A stretch of DNA of 64,000 nt from Candidatus Kaiserbacteria bacterium (lineage in GTDB: Bacteria > Patescibacteriota > Minisyncoccia > Phycocordibacterales > UBA2100). Shown one piece after another: positions 11,122-19,579 of the stretch (the first letter of the stretch is position 1; every line of letters starts with the position of its first letter). Location of the stretch: assembly GCA_016432285.1 (NCBI GenBank), contig CP066682.1, positions 666,274 through 730,273 of the forward strand, in the 5' to 3' direction. A program made the position numbers and the translations under genes. Below the pieces are notes generated by a model, which saw only the letters and a list, made by a program, of their open reading frames with translations, searched no databases and was not told the origin of the DNA.

Positions 11122-12309
11122 ATGTCCAAACAAGTGAAGCCAGATGTTGAGTCGTACGCACGTATCAGAGTAATCGGAGTCGGAGGTTCGGGAGGAAATG
11201 CGGTGAATCACATGGTGGCTTCCCACGTCCAGGGCGTGGATTTTATTTCGATCAACACCGACGCCCAGGATCTCCACAAGTCGAAAGCGAAGCGCAAGAT
11301 CCACATCGGCAAGACGCTCACCCGCGGCCTCGGCGCCGGCATGAACGCCGACGTCGGCAAGCAAGCCGCCGACGAGACGCGCGAAGAGATTCAGGAAGCG
11401 ATTAAAGGTTCCGACATGGTGTTCATCACCTGCGGCATGGGCGGCGGCACGGGCACCGGCGGCGCCCCGATCGTGGCCAAGATCGCGCGCGAGCTCGGCG
11501 CACTCACCGTGGGCGTCGTTACGAAGCCGTTTTCATTTGAAGGCGCGCAGCGCGCGCGGCTTGCCGAACAGGGCATCGCTGATCTGCGCAAGGCCGTCGA
11601 CGCGGTGATCGTAATCCCCAACGACAAACTCCTCACCATCGTCTCGCGCGAAACAGGGATCAAGAATGCCTTCGCGATGTGCGACGACATACTGAAGCAG
11701 GCAGTCGAAGGCATCTCCGACCTCATCACCCAGACCGGCATCATCAACGTCGACTTTGCCGACGTGAAAGCGGTCATGCAAAACGCCGGCTCGGCCCTCA
11801 TGGGCATCGGCACCGCAATCGGCGAGAAGCGCGCAGAGCTCGCCGCGCGGGCAGCTATCAACTCTCCGCTCCTCGAAGTGTCGATCCACGGCGCCAAGGG
11901 CGTGCTCTTCTCGATCGCCGGCGGCGAGGATCTCGGTATGCTCGAGGTGCAGGATGCGGCCAACGTGATCACCGAGGCCATCGATCCGGAAGCCAAGGTT
12001 ATCTTCGGCGCCGTTACCGACTCTTCACTCAAGAAGGGCCAGCTTCGCGTAACGGTGATCGCGACCGGCTTCCCGGAGGCGGGAGCCCGCTCTTCCCTTT
12101 TCAGCACGCAGCGCATCGCCGCCCGCACCAAAGACCAGGACGTCCCGCCCGCTCGCATCATCGAGCGCGAAGAGAAGAAGGCCGAGGAAAAGAACGACAA
12201 AGCAGAGAAGCCGAAAGTGAAAGAGCCCGCGCGCGCTGCAACTCCCGTCAAAGAAGAGGAATCCGAAGACGGCTGGGGTGGACTTCCGTCCTTCCTGCGT
12301 AGAAAATAA
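11122..12309 (+). CDS. ftsZ: cell division protein FtsZ
   Basis: GGGTGTG tubulin signature (ITCGMGGGTGTGGAPIVAKIA), NTDAQDL, C-terminal conserved peptide after a charged linker. Confidence 0.97.
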   Translation: MSKQVKPDVESYARIRVIGVGGSGGNAVNHMVASHVQGVDFISINTDAQDLHKSKAKRKIHIGKTLTRGLGAGMNADVGKQAADETREEIQEAIKGSDMVFITCGMGGGTGTGGAPIVAKIARELGALTVGVVTKPFSFEGAQRARLAEQGIADLRKAVDAVIVIPNDKLLTIVSRETGIKNAFAMCDDILKQAVEGISDLITQTGIINVDFADVKAVMQNAGSALMGIGTAIGEKRAELAARAAINSPLLEVSIHGAKGVLFSIAGGEDLGMLEVQDAANVITEAIDPEAKVIFGAVTDSSLKKGQLRVTVIATGFPEAGARSSLFSTQRIAARTKDQDVPPARIIEREEKKAEEKNDKAEKPKVKEPARAATPVKEEESEDGWGGLPSFLRRK

Positions 12310-12361
12310 TCTTGAATTCTTCCGCCGCAGGATCATGTATCCTGTGGTATTCTAGGCAACT

Positions 12362-13285
12362 ATGTACGATTTGATTATCGTTGGTGGCGGTCCTGCCGGT
12401 GCGGCAGCGGCCGTGTACGCGGCCCGCAAGCGCCTCAAGAGCGCGATCGTGGTCGAAGAGTGGGGCGGGCAGAGCAACATTTCGCTCGACGTGCAAAACT
12501 GGATCGGCACGCGATCGATTTCGGGTGCCGACCTCGCGAAAAACTTGAAGGCGCATGTCGAAGGTTATAAAGGCGAGAGTCTGGAAATCATCTCCCCGAT
12601 GCGCGCCGTTTCGCTGGCGCCCGCCGATGAGAAAGTGAGTGTCGGACTGAAGGACGGCAGGTCGCTTGAGGCGCGCACGGTACTCGTTACTTCCGGCGCA
12701 CGGCGCCGCAAGCTTGAAGTGCCTGGCGCTGCCGAATACGATCAGAAGGGTCTCACCTACTGCGCCTCGTGCGACGGTCCCCTCTTTGCCGACAAAGACG
12801 TGGCTGTGATCGGCGGAGGCAACGCCGGCTTTGAGACCGCGCTCCAGCTTCTTGCCTACTGCAAGAGCGTTACGCTCCTCAATCGTACCGACACCTTCCG
12901 CGCCGATGAGATCACGATCGCAGCCGTCAAATCGCATCCCAATATGAAAATACTCACCAACGCGGAACCGACCGAGGTGCTCGGCGACAAGTTTGTTACC
13001 GGATTGAAATGGAAGAACACGGCGACCGGAGAAATTGCAACGCTCCCCGTGGAGGGCATCTTTGTGGAGATCGGACTTCTGCCGAATACCGAATGGATCA
13101 ACGGCGCTCTCGAGCTCAATGCGATCCACCAGATCAAGGCCGATCCCGCAACACAGCGCACTTCGCACCCGCGCGTGTGGGCCGCGGGCGACGTCACCGA
13201 CGGCCACTACCACCAAAACAACATCGCCGCAGGTGATGCGGTGAAAGCGCTCGAGGACATCTACATGGAGCTGCGTAAAAATTAG
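12362..13285 (+). CDS. trxB: thioredoxin-disulfide reductase
   Basis: IIVGGGPAG FAD motif, redox-active CASCDG, second GGGNAG NADPH motif, 307 aa. Confidence 0.9.
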   Translation: MYDLIIVGGGPAGAAAAVYAARKRLKSAIVVEEWGGQSNISLDVQNWIGTRSISGADLAKNLKAHVEGYKGESLEIISPMRAVSLAPADEKVSVGLKDGRSLEARTVLVTSGARRRKLEVPGAAEYDQKGLTYCASCDGPLFADKDVAVIGGGNAGFETALQLLAYCKSVTLLNRTDTFRADEITIAAVKSHPNMKILTNAEPTEVLGDKFVTGLKWKNTATGEIATLPVEGIFVEIGLLPNTEWINGALELNAIHQIKADPATQRTSHPRVWAAGDVTDGHYHQNNIAAGDAVKALEDIYMELRKN

Positions 13286-13297
13286 GAGCTCCGCACG

Positions 13298-13328
13298 TAT
13301 GGACATCCCTTGTCCATATTTTCTTCAT
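13298..13328. repeat. palindromic repeat family copy A (TATGGACAtccctTGTCCATA + TTTTCTTCAT)
   Basis: Occupies nearly all of the 45-nt gap between convergent trxB and purH stops; same consensus as copies at 27190, 36053, 49246. Confidence 0.7.
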
Positions 13329-13330
13329 CT

Positions 13331-14302
13331 TTAGTGGCGGAAGTGGCGGACGCCGGTGAAGACCATAGCCATACCGTGCTCGTTGGCGGCGTCGATTGAA
13401 TCTTGATCCTTCACGGAGCCGCCGGGCTGGATGATCGCCGTGACGCCCGCTTCGTGGGCGGCGTCGACCGAATCGCGAAACGGAAAGAATGCGTCGGATG
13501 CCATCACCGATCCCTTGAGCGAGAGGTTGGCATCGGCTGCCTTGATCGCGGCGATCTTTGCGGAGTACACGCGGCTCATCTGCCCCGCGCCCACGCCGAC
13601 CGTTTGGCCCTTCTTGGCATACACGATTGCATTGGATTTGACATGCTTCACGAGGGTGAAGGCGAAGATGAGATCGGCGAGCTCCTCCGGCGTCGGCTCG
13701 CGCTTCGTGACGGTTTTCGTTTGCTCGAATGTCGTACCATCGGCGCTCTGTACGAGAAAGCCGCCGGCGATGGTCCGCGCCGTAAGCCGCTTCTTCCGCG
13801 GATCCGGCATGGAGCCCGTGAGTACCACGCGCACGTTGGGCTTGGAGGCAAGAATCGCGAGCGCCTCGTCTTCGGCCGAAGGCGCGATCACGACTTCGAG
13901 GAAGATCTTTACGAGCTCCGAGGCGAGGGCTGCCGTGAGCTTCGAGTTGGCGGCTACGATGCCGCCGAAGGCTGAGACCGGGTCGCACGCGAGCGCTTTG
14001 AGGTAGGCGTCGTACAAATTCTCCCCGAGCGCGACACCGCAAGGATTGGTGTGCTTCACGATCACGATCGCGGGCTCGTCGAACTCAGCCACGCACTCAA
14101 AGGCCGCATCGGCATCGAGGAGGTTGTTGTAGGAAAGCTCCTTGCCTTGGATTTTCTTGCCCGTAGCGATGCCGGGCCGATCCGGATCAAGCGGATTTTT
14201 GTAGAGCGCCGCGCTCTGGTGGGGGTTCTCTCCGTAGCGGAGGATCTCGGATCTCTCAAGCTCCACATGGAGCTCTTCCGGCAGCTCTTCGTGATCCGTC
14301 AT
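13331..14302 (-). CDS. purH: AICAR transformylase (PurH C-terminal AICARFT domain only; no IMP cyclohydrolase/MGS domain)
   Basis: 323 aa matching PurH residues ~200-530 ([26 protein letters not shown]); only 240 bp of non-coding DNA upstream, so no room for the MGS-like domain. Confidence 0.8.
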   Translation of the reverse strand: MTDHEELPEELHVELERSEILRYGENPHQSAALYKNPLDPDRPGIATGKKIQGKELSYNNLLDADAAFECVAEFDEPAIVIVKHTNPCGVALGENLYDAYLKALACDPVSAFGGIVAANSKLTAALASELVKIFLEVVIAPSAEDEALAILASKPNVRVVLTGSMPDPRKKRLTARTIAGGFLVQSADGTTFEQTKTVTKREPTPEELADLIFAFTLVKHVKSNAIVYAKKGQTVGVGAGQMSRVYSAKIAAIKAADANLSLKGSVMASDAFFPFRDSVDAAHEAGVTAIIQPGGSVKDQDSIDAANEHGMAMVFTGVRHFRH

Positions 14303-14541
14303 CGCCGCATTTTACTGTATTTTAAAGCGTAAGCGAGTGGGGCGTGGCGTCAATGAGGGTCTTCGCGCAGGCGCGTAGGCGCCGAGCGGGTGAGGCGCGA
14401 ATACCTGGAGCGCCGCAAGACCTTTTGTGACATTTTCGTGCGTAGCGAAGAAAATGTCCAAAAGGTGTACCGCTCCCGTAGGGAGCGCACAGCGAGCACG
14501 CTGCGACGCGACCCGAACGATGCCATGCCTCCGAGCGAGTT

Positions 14542-15021
14542 CTATTCTGTTACGACCACGGTGCCCGTGATCGACGGATTCGAGTGATTGTGGTACCTCC
14601 ACGTCCCCATCTGGTTGAAGGTGAAATCCCACAGCTCGCCCGGGATCAGGCCGCGGCACGCGTCGAAAGCGCTGCCAAGGCAGTCGGAAGCGGTTTTCTC
14701 GGGATACACGCTGTGCGTGGGGTGCACCGCGGAAGCGGGCCAGACGTTTTTATCAGACGTATTGTTCCAGCGCACGGTTTCGCCTTTCTTGATCGTTACC
14801 GTTGAGGGAGTGAACGCGGTACCGTCGAATGCGACCGAGGCCGCGAAATTATCTTCCGATCCGGCGCCCGGCTCATCGCCAGTTGTCGAGCCTATGGTGC
14901 CCGTGCTGGTGCCGGTCGTCGTACCGGTGGTGTCGGCAGGAGTCTGCGTGCTCTGCCACCAGAGATACCCACCGCCAAGTACGACCACGATCACGATTGC
15001 CCACAAAAGATTTCGTTGCAT
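14542..15021 (-). CDS. membrane-anchored cupredoxin-like protein with Thr/Gly-rich linker
   Basis: N-terminal TM (LLWAIVIVVVLGGGYLWW), linker TTGTTTGTSTGTIGSTTG, C-terminal domain TVTIKKGETVRWNNTSD...H..H resembling plastocyanin/amicyanin-type cupredoxins. Confidence 0.5.
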   Translation of the reverse strand: MQRNLLWAIVIVVVLGGGYLWWQSTQTPADTTGTTTGTSTGTIGSTTGDEPGAGSEDNFAASVAFDGTAFTPSTVTIKKGETVRWNNTSDKNVWPASAVHPTHSVYPEKTASDCLGSAFDACRGLIPGELWDFTFNQMGTWRYHNHSNPSITGTVVVTE

Positions 15022-15083
15022 AAAAAAATAGCTACCGAATAACGCGCGTCAGTATATCACGCAGCCCGGAGATCGAATGAAGT

Positions 15084-15713
15084 TTATTTCCCCTGCTTCG
15101 AGAGGAAAGCCGCCCCGTGCCCCACGTCGGTGTTGACCGGGATGCCGCCTTTGCACAAATCGCATTCCTCCGCGGGCCAGGAGTCGAGGTCCAGGTGCAC
15201 GAGCGTCTCGAAGCGGGGTGGATTCCCCACGGCCTGTTTGCTCACCTCGCCGCGGTTGCAGAGCACCACCACGCCCACCACGTGCGCTCCCGCGGCCTGC
15301 GCCGCCTCCACCACCTTCCTCACGGACCCGCCGGTCGTCGTGAGATCTTCCACCACGAGCACTTTTTTGCCCGCGATCAGTTTGTCGTAGCCACGCTTGA
15401 TGATGAAGCCGCCCTGTCCGTCTTTGTCGGCGTACACGCTGAAAACGTCGCGGCCCTCGATTTCGCCCATGTGGTAGGCGGTCCACTGCGAGAGGATCGC
15501 GGCGCCAATGGCGGGTCCGATCACAGCCTCGACGCCCTCGCCCTTGAAGCGCTCGGCCATCTCTCTGCACACCTGCGAGGTCTCACGCGGGTACGCGTAC
15601 ATCGCGTCTTTCAGAATGTACGAATCGCTGTGCCGGCCGGAGGTGAAGACGAAGTGCCCGGCGCGGAACGCGCCGACTTTTTGGAGGAGGTCGAGTACTT
15701 CGGCTTCGGTCAT
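15084..15713 (-). CDS. pyrE: orotate phosphoribosyltransferase
   Basis: PRPP-binding motif KKVLVVEDLTTTGGS, 209 aa, adjacent to pyrF. Confidence 0.9.
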   Translation of the reverse strand: MTEAEVLDLLQKVGAFRAGHFVFTSGRHSDSYILKDAMYAYPRETSQVCREMAERFKGEGVEAVIGPAIGAAILSQWTAYHMGEIEGRDVFSVYADKDGQGGFIIKRGYDKLIAGKKVLVVEDLTTTGGSVRKVVEAAQAAGAHVVGVVVLCNRGEVSKQAVGNPPRFETLVHLDLDSWPAEECDLCKGGIPVNTDVGHGAAFLSKQGK

Positions 15714-15723
15714 GGTGGGGAGA

Positions 15724-16554
15724 TTATACCGCTTTCGTTATCGCGTCGTGAAGCTCTTGTGCCCGCGCACGGGCCGCGTCGGCAAAATCCTTTTCGCGCG
15801 AGGCAAAGATGATCGTGCGTGAGGCGTTGACCATGAGCCCCTTCTTGCGACTATCGAGCCCGTACTTCACGGTCTTTTCCAGGTCGCCGTTCTGCGCGCC
15901 CACGCCCGCCACGAGGATGGGCATGTCGCCCACGATCGCGCGCACCTCCTTGAGCTGTTGGGGGTACGTGGCACCCACCATGACGCAGCAGTTCTCATTG
16001 CCGTTCCACTCGTGCGAGACGAGATGCGCGATCTTTTGATAGAGCGGCTGGCCTTCCACGATAAGCTCCTGCACCTCCGCCGCGCCCGGATTCGAGGTGT
16101 GGGAGAGCACGATCACGCCCTTGTCGACGTACTCGAAAAACGGTAGCAGCGATTCCTTGCCGAGGTACGGGTGTACCGTGATCGCGTCGGCGCGCAGGTA
16201 TTCAAAAGCGGAGAGCGCGTACTGCACGTTGGTGTTGCCGATGTCGCCGCGCTTGGCGTCGAGAATCACCGGAATCTCCGGGTTGATCTCGATGATGTAC
16301 GCCATCGTCTCCCGCAGGGCTGCCATTCCTTGGTCGCCGTGAGATTCGTAGAAAGCGATGTTGGGCTTGTAGGAGCACACGAGGTCCTTGGTGGCGTCGA
16401 TGATCGCCCGGTTGAAGGCGACGATGGTGCGCTCGATGGTCGAGCCGCGGATCGATTCGGGGAGTTTGGTGGCGTCGACGTCGAGCCCGATGCAGAGAAA
16501 CTTGCCTTCGGCCCAGCGGGCTTCGAGCATCTGTCGGAAATTCCGAGCAATCAT
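15724..16554 (-). CDS. pyrF: orotidine 5'-phosphate decarboxylase (276 aa, long type)
   Basis: Internal ATG at 16554 (MIARNFRQMLEARWAEGKFLCIGLDVD...) of track ORF 15724..16989; LDAKRGDIGNT motif; the upstream 145 codons of the track ORF overlap other genes and are Arg-rich. Confidence 0.85.
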   Translation of the reverse strand: MIARNFRQMLEARWAEGKFLCIGLDVDATKLPESIRGSTIERTIVAFNRAIIDATKDLVCSYKPNIAFYESHGDQGMAALRETMAYIIEINPEIPVILDAKRGDIGNTNVQYALSAFEYLRADAITVHPYLGKESLLPFFEYVDKGVIVLSHTSNPGAAEVQELIVEGQPLYQKIAHLVSHEWNGNENCCVMVGATYPQQLKEVRAIVGDMPILVAGVGAQNGDLEKTVKYGLDSRKKGLMVNASRTIIFASREKDFADAARARAQELHDAITKAV

Positions 16555-16628
16555 TAGGCACCATCCTATCAGAAAAATGAACGCGGCGGAATCGAGAGAT
16601 TCCGCCGCGCAGCCTCGGTCGCGGTGCT

Positions 16629-16790
16629 TCAAGAGCGAACACCGAAGTGGGACATGGGCGTGCCACCGTTGCGGCAGCAGATGACGGTCTGCCCGATCCT
16701 CAGGAAGCCATCCTTGTCCCGCCGGTAATGCTGCTTCCGGCGGCTGGAACGGGGCTTGCGGACCGGGGTCTTTTTGGTGCGCTGAGTCAT
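16629..16790 (-). CDS. small basic protein, hypothetical (53 aa; MTQRTKKTPVRKPRSSRRKQHYRRDKDGFLRIGQTVICCRNGGTPMSHFGVRS)
   Basis: ATG at 16790; very basic N-terminus and CC..H tail; could be a ribosomal-like or nucleic-acid-binding peptide but no confident family. Confidence 0.35.
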   Translation of the reverse strand: MTQRTKKTPVRKPRSSRRKQHYRRDKDGFLRIGQTVICCRNGGTPMSHFGVRS

Positions 16791-16886
16791 ATTGCTCTCC
16801 CTTGGAGACACTGTGGTTGCATAGACCTCTATACAACCTGATGTCTCCAAAAGATGAGGGTCGGCGAATCCGCAAAGATTCGCCGA

Positions 16887-17102
16887 CTACTCGCGTGACC
16901 AAATCGGGATAAACACATCCCACCCGAGGATGACTGTCGTCTCCTCGAGACCTTGCGCGGCAAGCACCTGTAGGCCCACTTTTTTGCATTCATCGTCGCA
17001 AAAGAAGTGCGGTCTGCGAGTGCCTCCGCTTTTCGGCCGCACCCATGTCGTGCTTTCGGCCTGCCAGTTGCAAATTTCGCAGTGCATCGTTTTCCCTCTC
17101 AA
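16887..17102 (-). CDS. small zinc-ribbon protein (TRASH/FCS-like C-x2-C-x23-C-x3-C)
   Basis: MHCEICNWQAESTTWVRPKSGGTRRPHFFCDDECKKVGL...; likely start at MHCEIC (17087); hairpin 16860-16887 right after the stop. Confidence 0.4.
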   Translation of the reverse strand: MRGKTMHCEICNWQAESTTWVRPKSGGTRRPHFFCDDECKKVGLQVLAAQGLEETTVILGWDVFIPIWSRE

Positions 17103-17121
17103 AGATCAGAAAGATCAAACA

Positions 17122-17146
17122 AAAGCCCTCCTTGCGGAGGGCTTTT
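17122..17146 (-). terminator. rho-independent terminator downstream of aroK (minus orientation)
   Basis: AAAGCCCTCC-ttgc-GGAGGGCTTT; on the minus strand followed by TTTTGTTTGATCTTTCTGATCTTT. Confidence 0.6.
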
Positions 17147-17263
17147 GTCTGAGTGTCTCGGGAGCTAGGCAGTCAGGCAAAAGACCTCCGCGCGGGAGGA
17201 CATCATCGCCATCATCATCGCCTTCGAATACATACCGGAAGTGTAATCGGCCGGGCTGTTTCG

Positions 17264-17788
17264 TCAAGCGTGCGCCGCCTCTTCCATATCCAAAAAACCA
17301 AAGATTTTTTTGAGCGTGGCTTCCGCATCTTCGCCGATGTCAACCACGTGGTGAGCGTACTTCTCGTAGAGCACAGCACGCTTGTCGTACAGTTCGCGGA
17401 AAGATTGGCCCTTGATGCCGATGATCCGGCCCATACGCTCGGGAGAGTCGCCGATCCGCTTTTGGATCGTTTCGAAGGGCACGCGCAGGTATACGATGCG
17501 GGAGATCTTCCCGAGATGATCCATCGCCTCCGGCTCATACACGCTGCTGCCGCCCGGAGAGAAAACGTGCGCGTCTCTGCCGTTCGTCGCTTCGATGATC
17601 GCTTTGCCCTCGACGTCGATAAATCGTTCATCGCCGAGCTCTTCGACTATTTTCTCGAGCTCTTTGCCATACTGGTTTTCGAGATACGTATCAATGTCGA
17701 GAAACTCATAACCGAGCCGCTCCGCAAGCCGCCTCCCCACGTGGCTTTTACCGGCGCCCGCCATGCCGATCAGGGTGAGGTTGGCCAT
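17264..17788 (-). CDS. aroK: shikimate kinase
   Basis: Walker A LIGMAGAGKSHVGRRLA, 174 aa. Confidence 0.9.
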   Translation of the reverse strand: MANLTLIGMAGAGKSHVGRRLAERLGYEFLDIDTYLENQYGKELEKIVEELGDERFIDVEGKAIIEATNGRDAHVFSPGGSSVYEPEAMDHLGKISRIVYLRVPFETIQKRIGDSPERMGRIIGIKGQSFRELYDKRAVLYEKYAHHVVDIGEDAEATLKKIFGFLDMEEAAHA

Positions 17789-17790
17789 AT

Positions 17791-18381
17791 TCAGGAGAGC
17801 GTACCCAATTGCCTCCGACGAATCAAGAGAAAGGCGACCAGCGCCGCGTTCTGCACCACGACGGCAAGCGGAAAGAGCACCGTAACGAGGGTCTGCGACT
17901 CCAGTGCCACAATGCTGAGCGCAAATCGCACCACATCGATCGCCCAGATGCTCACCGATTCCTCGTGAGGTTTTCGGTATGATTTGCGGAAGGTGGGCGC
18001 CACGGCAAAGGTTCCGGTGATGACGAAGAAGACGACTGCGGAGAGCGGATCGTCCGCAAGAAGCCAGAGTGTGATCCCAAGCGATGCGCCCCCAAGACAG
18101 ATCCAGTCGATGATACGAATATTCCGCTCACCATACCGCAGCGCCGAGATCGCGACGAGCGTGTTCATCACCGCCGCAACGCCGAGAATCCACGATCCCG
18201 GCCCTCCGCCGTCGCCCACCTGTATCCAAAAGACCACGCCGTCGACGACCCCGAAGATCAGCCACGTAAAAAGGTGCGGCTTTGTGTCCCCCCTGAAAAT
18301 GCTGCGGAAATAGGTGGCGTAGGCGACAAGAGCAAGCCCCGCCGAGAGCGCGCCGAGCAGCACATGGTAGTCGTAGCTCAT
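17791..18381 (-). CDS. integral membrane protein, paralog 1 of a tandem pair (196 aa)
   Basis: Multi-TM; shares YxxYFRxIFxGxTKPHxFxW and RRRQ C-terminus with the adjacent gene. Confidence 0.55.
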   Translation of the reverse strand: MSYDYHVLLGALSAGLALVAYATYFRSIFRGDTKPHLFTWLIFGVVDGVVFWIQVGDGGGPGSWILGVAAVMNTLVAISALRYGERNIRIIDWICLGGASLGITLWLLADDPLSAVVFFVITGTFAVAPTFRKSYRKPHEESVSIWAIDVVRFALSIVALESQTLVTVLFPLAVVVQNAALVAFLLIRRRQLGTLS

Positions 18382-18965
18382 GCCGAAACTTGCCGGCGGC
18401 GGATCAGCACGACCCCCACGAAGAGCACGTTAAGAACGATCACCGAGGCCGGGAATAAAACCGTCGTGAAGTTGAAGATTGCGAGCGCGGGTATCGCAAG
18501 CGCGTACTTCACCACTCCCCATACGAAGAGACTCAGTGTTTCGCTGCGCGGCTTTTCGTAGGCCTTACGCACGGTAGGCGCGAACGCGAGAGCGTCGACG
18601 ACGGTTACGATGAGGACCGCGGCGAGAGGATTTTTCGTGAGGGCCCATACAAGGATGCCCGCGAGCGCGCCGACAAAGCACGCCCAATCGATTTTCGTGA
18701 TGCCTCTCTCGCCCCGCCGGAGTGCGAGCAGCACAACAGCAAAATTCGCGACCATCGTGGCACCCGTTGCCCACGCGCCAAGACCTCCACCGGCCGTTAC
18801 TTGCGCAAAAAAGGTTATGCCGGTTATGAGTGTCCAAACGAACCACGAAAAGGGATGCGGCTTCGTCGTCCCGGCAAAAATGTCTCTGAAATACGGGACG
18901 TAGCTCGCAAGGCCGATGATCACCGAAAGCCATCCGAGGACGATCTGGTAATCAGCCATCCGCAC
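18378..18965 (-). CDS. integral membrane protein, paralog 2 of a tandem pair (195 aa)
   Basis: About 45% identical to 17791..18381 over full length; ATGA start/stop overlap with it. Confidence 0.55.
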   Translation of the reverse strand: MRMADYQIVLGWLSVIIGLASYVPYFRDIFAGTTKPHPFSWFVWTLITGITFFAQVTAGGGLGAWATGATMVANFAVVLLALRRGERGITKIDWACFVGALAGILVWALTKNPLAAVLIVTVVDALAFAPTVRKAYEKPRSETLSLFVWGVVKYALAIPALAIFNFTTVLFPASVIVLNVLFVGVVLIRRRQVSA

Positions 18966-19006
18966 ACTCTAGCATCCGTGCGGACGCGCGATGATAAAAT
19001 GCGGCG

Positions 19007-19579
19007 ATGAGAAAGCGCACGCCGCGAGCGAACAATCACCTCTTGCAGGATCTTGGCTTGGTCGCCTTGAGCGTGCTCGTGGCTCTCCTTCTCGCACGCA
19101 CGAGCACACTCGCCGATCTCGTGGCCTCGTGGGGACAGTACGAATTTTTCGGCATCCTTGCGGTTGGGATGTTTTTCACTTCGATATTCACGACCGCCCC
19201 CGCGATCGCGACACTCGGGGAGATTTCGCTGGAGCAGCCGATCCTGCTCGTCGCCTTTTTTGGCGCGATGGGGTCAGTCTTGGGAGACCTCCTGATTTTT
19301 CGTTTCGTCAGAGACAGGTTTTCGGTCGATGTGATGGAAATCGTACGGGAAAGTAAGGGCCTCCGGCGCCTTCGCAAAATCTTTCACTTCAAGCACTTCC
19401 GCTGGTTTACCTTCTTCCTCGGCGCGCTCGTGATCGCCTCGCCCTTGCCGGACGAGCTTGGCATCGCGCTCCTCGGGCTCTCGCGCGCGAGCATGCGATG
19501 GTTTGTAGCCGTCTCCTTCGGTTTCAACTTCCTCGGGATCTACCTGATCGGCATGGCCGCTCGCGCGCTCGCGAGCTGA
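19007..19579 (+). CDS. hypothetical membrane protein (190 aa, 4-5 TM)
   Basis: Hydrophobic segments, non-Arg-rich composition; its 3' end overlaps the convergent ATPase gene by 40 nt across a GCTCGCGCGCTCGCGAGC palindrome. Confidence 0.45.
   Translation: MRKRTPRANNHLLQDLGLVALSVLVALLLARTSTLADLVASWGQYEFFGILAVGMFFTSIFTTAPAIATLGEISLEQPILLVAFFGAMGSVLGDLLIFRFVRDRFSVDVMEIVRESKGLRRLRKIFHFKHFRWFTFFLGALVIASPLPDELGIALLGLSRASMRWFVAVSFGFNFLGIYLIGMAARALAS

Noticed and set aside
14536-14551. 16-nt match TCTATT(T/C)TGTTACGACC shared with 49300-49315
   Set aside because: A single-mismatch 16-mer pair is expected by chance many times in 2 x 64 kb; the contexts are unrelated.
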